From an uncultured Candidatus Saccharibacteria bacterium (GTDB lineage Bacteria; Patescibacteriota; Minisyncoccia; Phycocordibacterales; UBA2100), in the NCBI GenBank assembly GCA_964434285.1, contig CAYSUJ010000001.1, forward strand, positions 168,703-232,702: a stretch of 64,000 bases of DNA, given 5' to 3'. This document shows positions 44,250-54,198 of the stretch, piece by piece. How positions within the stretch are numbered: position 1 is the first letter of the stretch; each line of letters begins with the position of its first letter. The position numbers and the translations under genes are program-made. The notes below the pieces were generated by a model. The model made no database searches and was not told the origin of the DNA. It worked only from the letters and a program-made list of their open reading frames with translations.

Positions 44250-45695
44250 TTAGGCTACATATTCAATTGCATGACCCGGATAGAGCCTAGGGAGTAGTCG
44301 AGGATGAAGCTCCGTTACCCCTTTCCTCAAACTATCCCTGAAGTCGGGATGAGCGATGCTGATGATTCGCTCGACCACCACGGCCTCATCGTTGTGCGCA
44401 ATATGCACCACACCATGCTCCGTCGCAAGGTAATCGACTAGCTCGGACGGCGTCGAGACACTCACGCCCCGGGGCACGGCAGCAGTGATACTGCTTCGGA
44501 TCGTGCCGCGATCATCCCGATAGATGCTCGGCGTGCCAATGACCGAAACACCGAACTCAGTACGTCGAATCTCCTCGATCAGCTCGCGTTGTCCGCCAAT
44601 CGCCGAGTACTTTTCGACAGTGCCATCAACCCGTTTTCGCATTGTGGCGTAGACTTCTCCAAACGCGGAAAAACCGAATGCCGCATTGAGGCTAAACGAG
44701 TACGGATGACGCTCGCGACGACCATTGACCCACTCCTGCGGCAGGATGAGCACGTCTGGATTGCGGTGAACAAAGTCACGAATCTTCTTCGTTCCCGCAA
44801 TAATGCCCATCACGTGCTTACCATGGAATGCACCGGAGCGGTTACGCCCGGTGACAACACCTTTCTCAATCGCGTCGACTAGGCTATCCGACGCAAGCTC
44901 TGTGTCTACTGAGAGATCACGATACCCCTCGAGCATTCTCCACAGCGCGCCCGGCCCACCGATACCAGCCTGGATCGAGCTTTGCCGATCCTTAATGAGG
45001 CCTTGTGCTTCGATGTGACGAGCGATTGCCTCCCATGCCGGATTAAGTTCTCCTTTCAGTGGAAAATCCACAAGTGGGAGGTTCTCTTCAATGATGATAT
45101 CAACTTCGTCCTCATGCACTGCACATCCAGCCCTCAGTACGGTCTCCCGGCCAGTTACCGGGTCAGTCCAGGTATGTGCGATGCCTCCCGTGTATGCTTG
45201 CGGCATATTAGGATTCACCACGAGCACCCGAAGGGCGTACCCTCCCTTCGCACCCATGAAGCCAGAGAGCATAAGGCTTCCATCGAGTGTCATTGCGTAG
45301 AGCCCATCTCGTGCGGGAGCGGCGTGACCAATAACGATGTCGGCACCCCACTTACCCGCCATTGAACGAACTGCACGCGACAAATCATCGGCAATAAATA
45401 CACCATTGCCGCTATTCATCGCCTCACGATTCGCACTGCCGATGAAGGGTGTCACCGGAACGATGCCACCACGAGATCGCCATTTGGGCTGACCAACGGG
45501 GAGAATTTGCACATACTCCACCGATCTTGGCGGAAACCTCGTCGACTGTTCACTGAGATACGAATCGAGCCTTTCAATCGTCGCCCCATTGCCTGGGGCA
45601 AAGACGCGGCACGAGCCGTATGTATTGACATGGTCCTGTATGAGATTCCTGATAATGCCGACAGTACCGGCAATCTTCTTTGCCTTCCGTCTCAT
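44250..45695 (-). CDS. acetyl-CoA hydrolase/CoA-transferase family protein
   Basis: IQAGIGG, IGGQRE, VDYLATEHG, ISIAHPDFRDSL. Confidence 0.85.
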   Translation of the reverse strand: MRRKAKKIAGTVGIIRNLIQDHVNTYGSCRVFAPGNGATIERLDSYLSEQSTRFPPRSVEYVQILPVGQPKWRSRGGIVPVTPFIGSANREAMNSGNGVFIADDLSRAVRSMAGKWGADIVIGHAAPARDGLYAMTLDGSLMLSGFMGAKGGYALRVLVVNPNMPQAYTGGIAHTWTDPVTGRETVLRAGCAVHEDEVDIIIEENLPLVDFPLKGELNPAWEAIARHIEAQGLIKDRQSSIQAGIGGPGALWRMLEGYRDLSVDTELASDSLVDAIEKGVVTGRNRSGAFHGKHVMGIIAGTKKIRDFVHRNPDVLILPQEWVNGRRERHPYSFSLNAAFGFSAFGEVYATMRKRVDGTVEKYSAIGGQRELIEEIRRTEFGVSVIGTPSIYRDDRGTIRSSITAAVPRGVSVSTPSELVDYLATEHGVVHIAHNDEAVVVERIISIAHPDFRDSLRKGVTELHPRLLPRLYPGHAIEYVA

Positions 45696-45846
45696 GATTC
45701 ACCATTCCCCTTTCTGTATGCAGGCCGCCTTCAAGCTAAAGAACAGCCAGTTAACAGTATACCATATTTATGGACTTACGTACATATCCGCGACATCCCA
45801 TTATCCCGTCACACTGCATCGGTTATGTGTGTAGCCTTTTAATGAA

Positions 45847-45877
45847 AGCCGGGCACAGGTGTGCCCGGCTTTTTTCT
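45847..45877. terminator. intrinsic terminator
   Basis: agccgggcac-aggt-gtgcccggct followed by a T-tract. Confidence 0.7.
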
Positions 45878-46469
45878 AGTTACTGTGGACCTGAAGCATG
45901 TACTGCACCAGCGTCGGATCATCAGCATCAAAGGTCAGATTGAAGCCTGCCGTGTCGAAGATCTTTCGCATAGGGCGATTGTTCCGCAGTGTCACCGCTT
46001 CAAGACGTTGCACTGTCGGCGTTGCTCTCGCCCACCTCAAAAGCTCAGACATCAAGAGCGTACCGACGCCGCGATGCTTTACCTTTGCGGAAAACGAAAC
46101 TTCAAAGGTACCTGTGCCTCGATAGCGCTCAAGACGCTCCATCGCTCGACACACACCCTGCAGCGAGCCATCTCTTGCAACAAGCACGATAATCCGGGCA
46201 TTTTCATTGTTGATCGCATCCTTATAGAACTCGATCGCACGCTGCCGGCTTACGCTCTTCCTCTTCATCCGCGATAGATATCGCAGATACAACTCTTCCT
46301 CCGAAAATCCATCGAAGTAAGATACGAGAAGATTCGCATCCCCGGGTCGTGCAAAACGAATAGTTGCTCGCGTCTGATCACTGAGCACTACTTCTTTATG
46401 CCAGTCCTTCGGGTACTCCATCGACGCATGTGGTGTATGAATCAGTTCTTGGCTCATGACATCCCTCAT
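45876..46469 (-). CDS. GNAT acetyltransferase (Pat/PatZ GNAT-domain-like)
   Basis: IRFARPGD, LYLRY, HRGVGTLL, N.PM..IF...GF. Confidence 0.85.
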   Translation of the reverse strand: MRDVMSQELIHTPHASMEYPKDWHKEVVLSDQTRATIRFARPGDANLLVSYFDGFSEEELYLRYLSRMKRKSVSRQRAIEFYKDAINNENARIIVLVARDGSLQGVCRAMERLERYRGTGTFEVSFSAKVKHRGVGTLLMSELLRWARATPTVQRLEAVTLRNNRPMRKIFDTAGFNLTFDADDPTLVQYMLQVHSN

Positions 46470-46657
46470 TCATAGTCATTACTGACTTTATTACTATACG
46501 CTGAAGTGGTCATAGAGGCAAGAACATTTGCTCGCTCAATACGAGGGGACGACTCAAGTGTCGCGTCGCCCAACATGACTTCAACAATGTGCCTTACGTC
46601 GTACACCGCCGCATAAGAATTCAATAGTTTATGAAATACACAGTATATACTCATCAT

Positions 46658-48511
46658 ATGCATTCAGATGTGCGGATTCTTCTTTTTACGATCGCTCTCT
46701 TTATGATAATCGCTTCTCTCGGCAGCGCATCACGAAAAACAGAAGACGCGTCGCTCTTGAACGCGCGCTTTCACAATGCGTCGCTCCCGCCACAGGAGCG
46801 TGCACTCGATCTGCTTTCACACATGACACTCGACGAGAAAATCGGGCAGATGGCGCTCGTCGAGAAAAATAGTGTCCCGCATGTGGAAGTCGTCTCACGG
46901 TTCGGGTTAGGGGCGCTCCTCTCAGGCGGGGGCGGCAAGCCCTCAGAGAATACCCCTCTCGGCTGGCGCACCATGATTACTGCGTTTCAAGACGCGTCGC
47001 GTCGTTCACGGACGGGCATTCCCATTCTCTACGGAATCGATGCGAACCATGGACATGGCAATGTGCCCGGCGCAACCATATTTCCTCACGCGATCGGACT
47101 CGGTGCTGCGGGAGATGAAGAACTCGCGGAAAAGATCGCACACGCAACAGGAGAAGAGGTGCGCGCAACGGGGGCTGATTGGATCTTTTCGCCCTCGCTC
47201 GATCTGCCGACAGACATTCGGTGGGGGCGTGTCTATGAGGCGTTTTCCGAACATGCCACAATTGCAGGACCGCTTGGTGCGGCGCAGGTACGCGGATTCC
47301 ACAGCGCGGGTGCGCTCGCGACACCGAAGCACTACCTGGGCGCGGGCAGCATGATCTGGGGATCATCCTCAAACCCTCGCTTTCTAATTGATCAGGGAGT
47401 GACGCCGCGCGATGAGCTTGCTCTTCGCACTGCATATCTGCCGCCATTTGAGGACGCGATTGCGAGCGGTGCAAAAAGCATTATGGTCGGACTCAACGCT
47501 TGGGGCGACGAAAAAATGTCAGCGAACAGATACCTCGTCACCGACCTCCTCAAGGGTGAGCTCGCGTTTGACGGTTTCGTCGTTTCCGATTGGTATGGTG
47601 TGTATGAAATTTCGGAAAGTAAGTACGACTCGGCTGTTGCCGCGATAAACGCAGGCATCGATATGGTGATGTTGCCCTATGAATATGAACAGTTTATCCG
47701 CGATGTTCGTAATGCCGTCTTGAGTGGAGCGATTCCGGAAGAAAGAATCGACGACGCGGTCCTCCGAATTCTTCGCGTCAAATTTGAACGCGGCCTTTTT
47801 GAGACCCGAACGCTGCCAGGGCTTGAGACGATCGGATCCCGAGAACATCGCGCTCTTGCCCGCGACGCTGTCGCACGCTCGGCTGTTATTCTCAAGAACG
47901 ATGCGGTGCTCCCAATCGACGACAGCACGCGTACCATTCGCGTCGCGGGCTCTGCGGCAGACAACGTGGGGCTGCAGTCGGGTGCGTGGACGGTCGAGTG
48001 GCAGGGTATCGACGGGAATTGGCTTCCCGGCGCAACCTCCATTCTCAGTGGCATACGCGCGTCTGTAGGGGCACGCGAGGTGCAGTATTCAGCAGACGGC
48101 GTTTTTGATGGTGATGAGCGCGCAGATGTCGGGATCGCGATAGTGGGAGAGCGACCCTATGCTGAGGGCTGGGGCGACACTGCACACCCGCAGATATCTG
48201 ATGATGATCTGAGTGCCATCACTCGCCTGAAGGAATCAACAGACAAGCTCCTCGTCATCATTGTCTCGGGTCGCCCCCTCATCATTACCGATGAGTTGGC
48301 AGAGTGGGATGCGCTCATCGCCGCATGGCTTCCCGGGTCAGAAGGCGCGGGGATCGCCGACGTGCTCTTCAGCGCAACGACCACGGGCAAACTCCCACTT
48401 ACCTGGCCACGCACGATCGATCAACTCCCACTGACTCACGAGGGTGCCTCGAGTGATTCCTCTTTCCCACTCTTTCCTCGTGGCTTTGGATTGCAACTCG
48501 TCGCTCCCTGA
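46658..48511 (+). CDS. GH3 beta-glucosidase, secreted/anchored
   Basis: MTLDEKIGQM, YGIDANHG, RWGRVYE, PKHY, VVSDW, GERPYAEG, AWLPG.EG. Confidence 0.95.
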   Translation: MHSDVRILLFTIALFMIIASLGSASRKTEDASLLNARFHNASLPPQERALDLLSHMTLDEKIGQMALVEKNSVPHVEVVSRFGLGALLSGGGGKPSENTPLGWRTMITAFQDASRRSRTGIPILYGIDANHGHGNVPGATIFPHAIGLGAAGDEELAEKIAHATGEEVRATGADWIFSPSLDLPTDIRWGRVYEAFSEHATIAGPLGAAQVRGFHSAGALATPKHYLGAGSMIWGSSSNPRFLIDQGVTPRDELALRTAYLPPFEDAIASGAKSIMVGLNAWGDEKMSANRYLVTDLLKGELAFDGFVVSDWYGVYEISESKYDSAVAAINAGIDMVMLPYEYEQFIRDVRNAVLSGAIPEERIDDAVLRILRVKFERGLFETRTLPGLETIGSREHRALARDAVARSAVILKNDAVLPIDDSTRTIRVAGSAADNVGLQSGAWTVEWQGIDGNWLPGATSILSGIRASVGAREVQYSADGVFDGDERADVGIAIVGERPYAEGWGDTAHPQISDDDLSAITRLKESTDKLLVIIVSGRPLIITDELAEWDALIAAWLPGSEGAGIADVLFSATTTGKLPLTWPRTIDQLPLTHEGASSDSSFPLFPRGFGLQLVAP

Positions 48512-48668
48512 AGTGCGTTTCTACTTCATTTCCGCCACGCGCATGCCGTTCAACGCCTGCGACTCTACAGGAAGTCCAAAAGATAGAGGATGATCAGTAC
48601 CCCGATCGGAACTCCGAGAAGCCATAATATAAATCCCATACGTACACTCTACTCTTTTGCACGTGACA

Positions 48669-48887
48669 TTACCGTGAAGCGCGGGAGTTTCTTTTCGGCT
48701 TTGGAGGAACGCGAGCACCGCTTTCTCGCGCCTCGTTAATGCCGATCGCAATCGCCTGCTTTCTGCTCGTTACTTTTTTATTGCTTCGACCTGAGCGCAG
48801 TGTCCCTTTTTTGAATTCACGCATCGTCTTGCGCATTTTTTTTCGAGCCTTCGGACCGTATTTCTTTCCCTTATGTTTCTTCGCCAT
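48669..48887 (-). CDS. DUF6496-like basic protein
   Basis: MREFKKGTLRSG...VTSRKQAIAIG.NEAR. Confidence 0.8.
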   Translation of the reverse strand: MAKKHKGKKYGPKARKKMRKTMREFKKGTLRSGRSNKKVTSRKQAIAIGINEARESGARVPPKPKRNSRASR

Positions 48888-48890
48888 AGT

Positions 48891-49280
48891 TCAGCTATTC
48901 CTACGCGTCTCATCATCCACCTCTCGCCGCGCCGCTTCAATACTGTCCTCGGCTCGGGCACGAATGTGCCGATACTCCGCCTTCATGCGGTGAGCAAGTC
49001 TTCTCAGCTGTGCTTTTGTGAGATCTTTTGCGATTCCGTAATCTTCCACAACTTCGTCGGCAACTCGTTCATATGTCTCGCGAGAATATTCTCCGAGGTC
49101 TGCGAGTTGAGAGCGTAGTGTGGCCGTGACGTCATCAACGTATTCTTCAATGTCATCTCGACGGATTCGCCCGCCAGGGCCGTACAGTACGTATCCAATG
49201 ACGGCGCTCGCTAAAGCGGCGCCCGCCATAAACGGCCACAGATAATTATTTCTATACCTGTCATTATAATTATGGTTCAT
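48891..49280 (-). CDS. YtxH-like protein
   Basis: Gly/Ala TM, GYVLYGPGG..R, then helical domain. Confidence 0.6.
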   Translation of the reverse strand: MNHNYNDRYRNNYLWPFMAGAALASAVIGYVLYGPGGRIRRDDIEEYVDDVTATLRSQLADLGEYSRETYERVADEVVEDYGIAKDLTKAQLRRLAHRMKAEYRHIRARAEDSIEAARREVDDETRRNS

Positions 49281-49301
49281 AGATTGTTTGTTATTGATAA
49301 T

Positions 49302-49577
49302 TTATAAAGGGCTCTGAGACGGGTTTCTTGCGCCATGATCGAGCGTTCGTCTCGCAAAAATTTCCGCGCTCCGGACGATGACGCGAAGGCGGCGCACTAA
49401 TGAATCTCGCGCAAAGGTAACGCGTTCGGCTTCCCGCTGTGCCGTACGCAGCAGTGCTCGCAGCTCTGTAACGGCACTCACGACGTAATACACAACAACA
49501 ATACACGCGAGCGTGAGAACGACCGCGCAGACGCTTGCGATAAGGGCAAAAATCTCAAGAGCTGATCCTTCAACCAT
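49302..49577 (-). CDS. single-TM coiled-coil protein (DUF948-like)
   Basis: Long N-terminal TM plus amphipathic helix; adjacent to the YtxH-like gene. Confidence 0.55.
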   Translation of the reverse strand: MVEGSALEIFALIASVCAVVLTLACIVVVYYVVSAVTELRALLRTAQREAERVTFARDSLVRRLRVIVRSAEIFARRTLDHGARNPSQSPL

Positions 49578-49670
49578 GCCTCTTTATTGCACACAGCGCT
49601 TGAAGATATGATGAATCCGGATTGAGCAACAGCGCCACAGGGAGGTTGCGTATGCGAGCGGCGAAAGCAA

Positions 49671-49931
49671 CTACGCAAAAAGCAGGTTGACGAGGAAAAG
49701 TAATACGACCGCGCCTATGACGGCCCATATGAAGCTCATGATGCCCGAAGGCCGGTCAACGCCTGGCGTTTGGCTGAATCCGAACATATCAGCAAGCCAT
49801 CCACCGACGAAGGCGCCCGCAATACCGACAACAATGTTCCCAATAACACCAAGAGAGGCAGCATTTCCCACAATAAGGCTTGCGATCCATCCTGCTAAAC
49901 CTCCAAAAAGTATCCATATCACGATGTTCAT
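49671..49931 (-). CDS. GlsB/YeaQ/YmgE transglycosylase-associated protein
   Basis: GGLAGWIAS, NIVVGIAGAFVGG, AVIGAVVLL. Confidence 0.9.
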   Translation of the reverse strand: MNIVIWILFGGLAGWIASLIVGNAASLGVIGNIVVGIAGAFVGGWLADMFGFSQTPGVDRPSGIMSFIWAVIGAVVLLFLVNLLFA

Positions 49932-50129
49932 ATGTGTATGCGCCTGAGGCGTTTTACGATGCTAATACAATAAGGATGACAGAGCATGGTGAAAGACACA
50001 TGAATTTTCACCCGCAGGTCCCACAACGTCGCCTCAATCGTCTGCGAATAACGACTCGCACGCATTCACACACACTTCACGCGCCTCTGTATATGATGAC
50101 GATATGTTACAAGCATAGTCACAATATCT

Positions 50130-50666
50130 ATGAAGCAATACACCATTGGAATGTTTAAACGGCGCTCAGACGCAGAAGCCGCGGTAAGTGCGGTCCATCA
50201 AAAACTCGGCGTTGATAAGGATGAAATATCATATGTATATCGCTCGAGCGATGGCACGATGATGGAAATGGACGCCGAAGAAATCTCAGGAAAGACCGCT
50301 GGTGAGAGAGCCGTTCAAGGAGCCACCATTGGTGGAGGAGTAGGAGCCTTGGCGGGAGTCGCTGCAGCTGCAGGTATTATCCCGGTCGTTGGACCCATCG
50401 TGGCTGCGGGTTCTCTCGGTACCGCTCTTGGCGTTGGCACAAGTGCGCTCGGGACGACGGTCGCAGGTGCAGCAACTGGAGCAGCGGCAGGGGGCATAAT
50501 CGGCGCACTTTCAACCATGGGTGTTAGCGAACCATCGACCAAGCGTTACGAAGACATGGTTGCGGAAGGCAATATTATGGTTGGTGTCCACGCAGACTCC
50601 TCGACGCATGTCGCAGCGACTCTCGAAGATGCCGGTGCGGTCGAGGTGAGTAGTTTCAGACCGTAA
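50130..50666 (+). CDS. general-stress-protein-like glycine-zipper protein
   Basis: G.F....AE.AV, EISYV, GATIGGGVGALAG, IPVVGPIVAAG, GIIGAL..MG. Confidence 0.8.
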   Translation: MKQYTIGMFKRRSDAEAAVSAVHQKLGVDKDEISYVYRSSDGTMMEMDAEEISGKTAGERAVQGATIGGGVGALAGVAAAAGIIPVVGPIVAAGSLGTALGVGTSALGTTVAGAATGAAAGGIIGALSTMGVSEPSTKRYEDMVAEGNIMVGVHADSSTHVAATLEDAGAVEVSSFRP

Positions 50667-50731
50667 CCGGGTCCGTCTTTGTAGACTTTATGAGGAATGC
50701 CCACGATGTATTGAGGGGTTAGGAAGCACTC

Positions 50732-52609
50732 CTAAAATTCTCGCCACGTCGGAAGTATGTCGACTGCTGCGTTACGTGTTCGCGTTCCACCAGCTGTCTC
50801 ACATGTAAGTGTGTAGACTGTCCGCGCTTGAATTGGTGCAGACGTCTCACCACCGACGGGAGAATGTATGCCGGTCCAGGAATCTCCATTGGGCGCTGTA
50901 ACAGTGCAGCTCTCGACGTTTTCCGCTGACCAATTAACTTGAGTAGTTGCACCCCGCGAGACAAGCGACGGAATCGTTCGTATTTGCAAATCAATTGAAC
51001 CATTCCCATCACCCGTACCGTCACCATCCGGATCCCCATTGATAGGACCATCAAGTACACTAATCGTCTCATCATCTGCATCTCCGCCACATACGAAAGA
51101 GAAGGATGTATATGCAGATGTAAATCCATCTTCATCTTGAGCAAACACCCGCACTGTGTGCGAACCACTTTCAGAGAAAACACGAGTTGCAGACTGTTCA
51201 ATACCGGATTCAACATACCCACTGCCTGGCACATATACATCTATGCTACCATCCGCATCCCAATCAACGCCGTATCGTATTTGATCACCCTCCGGATCTG
51301 TCGCGTTCATACGAATCGTATATGGTTCACCGACGACACACCGACCCGCACCAGCCGCGTTAACCGTCGGAGAACCGGGCGGATTGCCTTCTGCTTCCGT
51401 TACGTTGATTGTGTACGGAACAGTTTGACGGGGGACAGTTACTGTCGATATCCCGCTGGAACCGCCGCTAGTATTTACATAGAATGTTGCAGGTGTGATT
51501 GCAAAATTCCCAATCGTCTGAGCTGGAACATGAATACTCGATCCCATGACGTTAATTTGCAATGACCCTCCAGGAAACGCCACACCTTGCCCATCGCTGT
51601 CACCTGCCGTTGAAACGACACTGCTCACCCACGACCAGAATCCGCCGCCAAGGCCTCCAGCATACGACGCCCCCGACTCTGCTATTTGAGCAGGTATTGT
51701 TAGACTCTCAATCTCTTCACCAAGCGTCTGAGCAGGTATATCCAGTGTGTAGGTTGATCCTTCATATGTAACACCAATCGACTGCGCGGGAATCGAAAAA
51801 GAAACAACGTTACTTGCCCCCTGTGCAGCACCGCGCGTCGTCAAGTTGCCATAGCCACATACGTTGTCATGCGTCATGATGGTGTAGAAATGACCTTGGG
51901 TGGAATCGAAAGAAAATATTGGGTTAAAGGCGCCAACATGGTCAAGCGTACAGTCATAGCCACCGCCGTTTAGATTGCCGATCTGTGCTGTTGCGGGACT
52001 GCCTCCAGTCGCCGCAACGGGAGTACAATTCCACCCCGTGCCGACGTCTACATTTTTCACAGGAGCGTTAATTGAGAGTGAACCGTAGTTTACGCTACTG
52101 TCTCCATTGATAGAAAAAATTCTATTTTTTTCAGTACAGACAGACTCTAGTGATGCCCCTACCTCTGAGGGGACCTTATCGACAGTAGCGCCGGTACCCA
52201 ACTTCTGCGACGTTATCCAGTCGCCATACGGGGACGAAGCAAATGACCCTGTTGCAAACCAATAGATGTCGCGTGATTCATGTGGCATAAATCGGAGACG
52301 CACCTGCGTGCCCTGCGGGACCGTTGCCCCTGAGGGAATAACGACTCCTGTCGCTGCATCCACCACCTGGACGCCATACTGCACAGAAATTGAAGGATTG
52401 TTTATATGCAATCTGCCGTAGTGGCAATAATTACACACACTACCAGACAAAACAGTTTGCCATAATTTTGATTGCGTTCCCGTGGGAACCGTCCTCAGCG
52501 TGCCTGTGAAAATATCGGTATACGAGGCTGAGTATGCCCAAACCGCAAGTGGCGCACTTATCAATACCATGATCCCTACAAAAACCTTTGCGATGTTATT
52601 TTTTTTCAT
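50732..52609 (-). CDS. secreted protein with PKD/Ig-like domains
   Basis: Signal peptide; ATDPEGDQIRYGVDWD, G.HTVRVFAQD, WSAENVESC...YTLTC. Confidence 0.8.
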   Translation of the reverse strand: MKKNNIAKVFVGIMVLISAPLAVWAYSASYTDIFTGTLRTVPTGTQSKLWQTVLSGSVCNYCHYGRLHINNPSISVQYGVQVVDAATGVVIPSGATVPQGTQVRLRFMPHESRDIYWFATGSFASSPYGDWITSQKLGTGATVDKVPSEVGASLESVCTEKNRIFSINGDSSVNYGSLSINAPVKNVDVGTGWNCTPVAATGGSPATAQIGNLNGGGYDCTLDHVGAFNPIFSFDSTQGHFYTIMTHDNVCGYGNLTTRGAAQGASNVVSFSIPAQSIGVTYEGSTYTLDIPAQTLGEEIESLTIPAQIAESGASYAGGLGGGFWSWVSSVVSTAGDSDGQGVAFPGGSLQINVMGSSIHVPAQTIGNFAITPATFYVNTSGGSSGISTVTVPRQTVPYTINVTEAEGNPPGSPTVNAAGAGRCVVGEPYTIRMNATDPEGDQIRYGVDWDADGSIDVYVPGSGYVESGIEQSATRVFSESGSHTVRVFAQDEDGFTSAYTSFSFVCGGDADDETISVLDGPINGDPDGDGTGDGNGSIDLQIRTIPSLVSRGATTQVNWSAENVESCTVTAPNGDSWTGIHSPVGGETSAPIQARTVYTLTCETAGGTRTRNAAVDILPTWREF

Positions 52610-52626
52610 AGAATGATTAAAAGTTA

Positions 52627-54057
52627 TTAGTAGGATGGTGCTGGCGGTACAGTGCCTTCGCGTCGTGAGAGTACACGTCGTGCAATTGCACTCACAATGA
52701 TGAGGAGTAGCATTATGCCTCCAAGGCCTATAGCGGTAGATAGACCATTCTGCGATGCACTTGAACCGCTTTGACCAACACAGCTTTGAGGGTCGATGTT
52801 TTTGCAGTCGTATTCATACCGAGAGTCATCGACTAGTTTGCCATCTTTAAACAGACGAGTGTCAAGCGTGAAGCGATCGTAACTCCTCTTTGGAGTGAAC
52901 GAGTCAGCAACCGCCATCATTGCACTACTTACCGCTCCCTCATATGCGATTTCATGGATAAGCTGCCCCGATTCATCGGTGAGCACGACTTCTAAGCGGG
53001 TATTCTCTACCACGTCCTTTTCTCCCGCATTATGGAGACATGAAAATAACGTATTCTCCTGTCCCGCTACGAGCGGGAAGAACATGACGCTAGGAAAGTG
53101 AATTCTTGGCTGATTGACACCCGATCTTGCGAATCGCACGCCGATAACTGATTTCGTGTCCTTCCAGATAACCGTCGCTTGCGCTACATATACGGAATAC
53201 TTGGTATCCGTTACGGTTATTGCTATCGGAGCGGATCCATTTGCGGGCACTGTGATGTTTTCCGTTTTCTCCTGCACGATATTCTGCCTCAATAGCGTGT
53301 CCCACTGGTAGACCAACCACGTGACCGTGACCGCTTCTGCTGACGCATGTGGATTTCTGACTACCGCCCGTACCTCGACCGGCTCCGTCGGAGACAAAAC
53401 CGGTGGAAATGCTGCAAAGGCATAAGCATCACCGGCTACAGTAACCGATTCCTTGTCGATTGCGATAGGACCTTTTTCATTCCCCGTTACACCAAAGGAG
53501 ACGGCGTTCCCGATAATGTCATCGGTGAATGAAAGGCCGAGCATGCTAAATTTACGATCTACAGAGAAGAACGTTGCAAGCTCATACTCTCCCGACTCAG
53601 CATATGCAGGTACACTCCAAGTAAACGACACTGGTACTGAGCCATTTGCAGGAATAGTGACCCCATCTAATGCAACATACTGATCCACGACGTTGGGACC
53701 GTATATATCTTTCTGCGTGGTTCGCGTCTTAAATATCTTAACAAAAAGCGTTCCCTCCACTATTGGGTACGGGTTCTTGTTCCGCAAGACGCCGTTGAAC
53801 TGTATGGGAACACCTGAGACAGTGTTTGGAGTTACAACAGCGAGATCTGCCTCCACTGAACCAAACTTATAGTAGTCGAAGCAGGACACGGCACCCGCAG
53901 GAAGCATTGAACCACCGACGATGTCTGGATTATTACTTACGTTATTTAGTTCGTCTGCAATGTTCGTCTGTGCCTCAACGCCTCGAAATGCAAAAAAGAT
54001 AACCCAACACATTACAATAAATAAATAAAACTTCTGACCCTTGGTTACGGTGCTCAT
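52627..54057 (-). CDS. surface protein with Ig-like folds and C-terminal TM anchor
   Basis: Signal peptide, beta-rich body, C-terminal TM plus basic tail. Confidence 0.78.
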   Translation of the reverse strand: MSTVTKGQKFYLFIVMCWVIFFAFRGVEAQTNIADELNNVSNNPDIVGGSMLPAGAVSCFDYYKFGSVEADLAVVTPNTVSGVPIQFNGVLRNKNPYPIVEGTLFVKIFKTRTTQKDIYGPNVVDQYVALDGVTIPANGSVPVSFTWSVPAYAESGEYELATFFSVDRKFSMLGLSFTDDIIGNAVSFGVTGNEKGPIAIDKESVTVAGDAYAFAAFPPVLSPTEPVEVRAVVRNPHASAEAVTVTWLVYQWDTLLRQNIVQEKTENITVPANGSAPIAITVTDTKYSVYVAQATVIWKDTKSVIGVRFARSGVNQPRIHFPSVMFFPLVAGQENTLFSCLHNAGEKDVVENTRLEVVLTDESGQLIHEIAYEGAVSSAMMAVADSFTPKRSYDRFTLDTRLFKDGKLVDDSRYEYDCKNIDPQSCVGQSGSSASQNGLSTAIGLGGIMLLLIIVSAIARRVLSRREGTVPPAPSY

Positions 54058-54198
54058 AGTATAGTGAATCTATTCTAGCAACAGTCAACTCACTGGAGTC
54101 CGTTGATGACCACATACTGTGTATAGCCATCGTCGCTAATTCTGCCCCCCCACTCGCCCATTTTCGACAGTATTACCGCACAGCAAACTATTCAGCGG

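Noticed and set aside
48521-48751. 76-aa minus-strand ORF
   Set aside because: Overlaps the DUF6496-like gene out of frame, with no motif or start signal.
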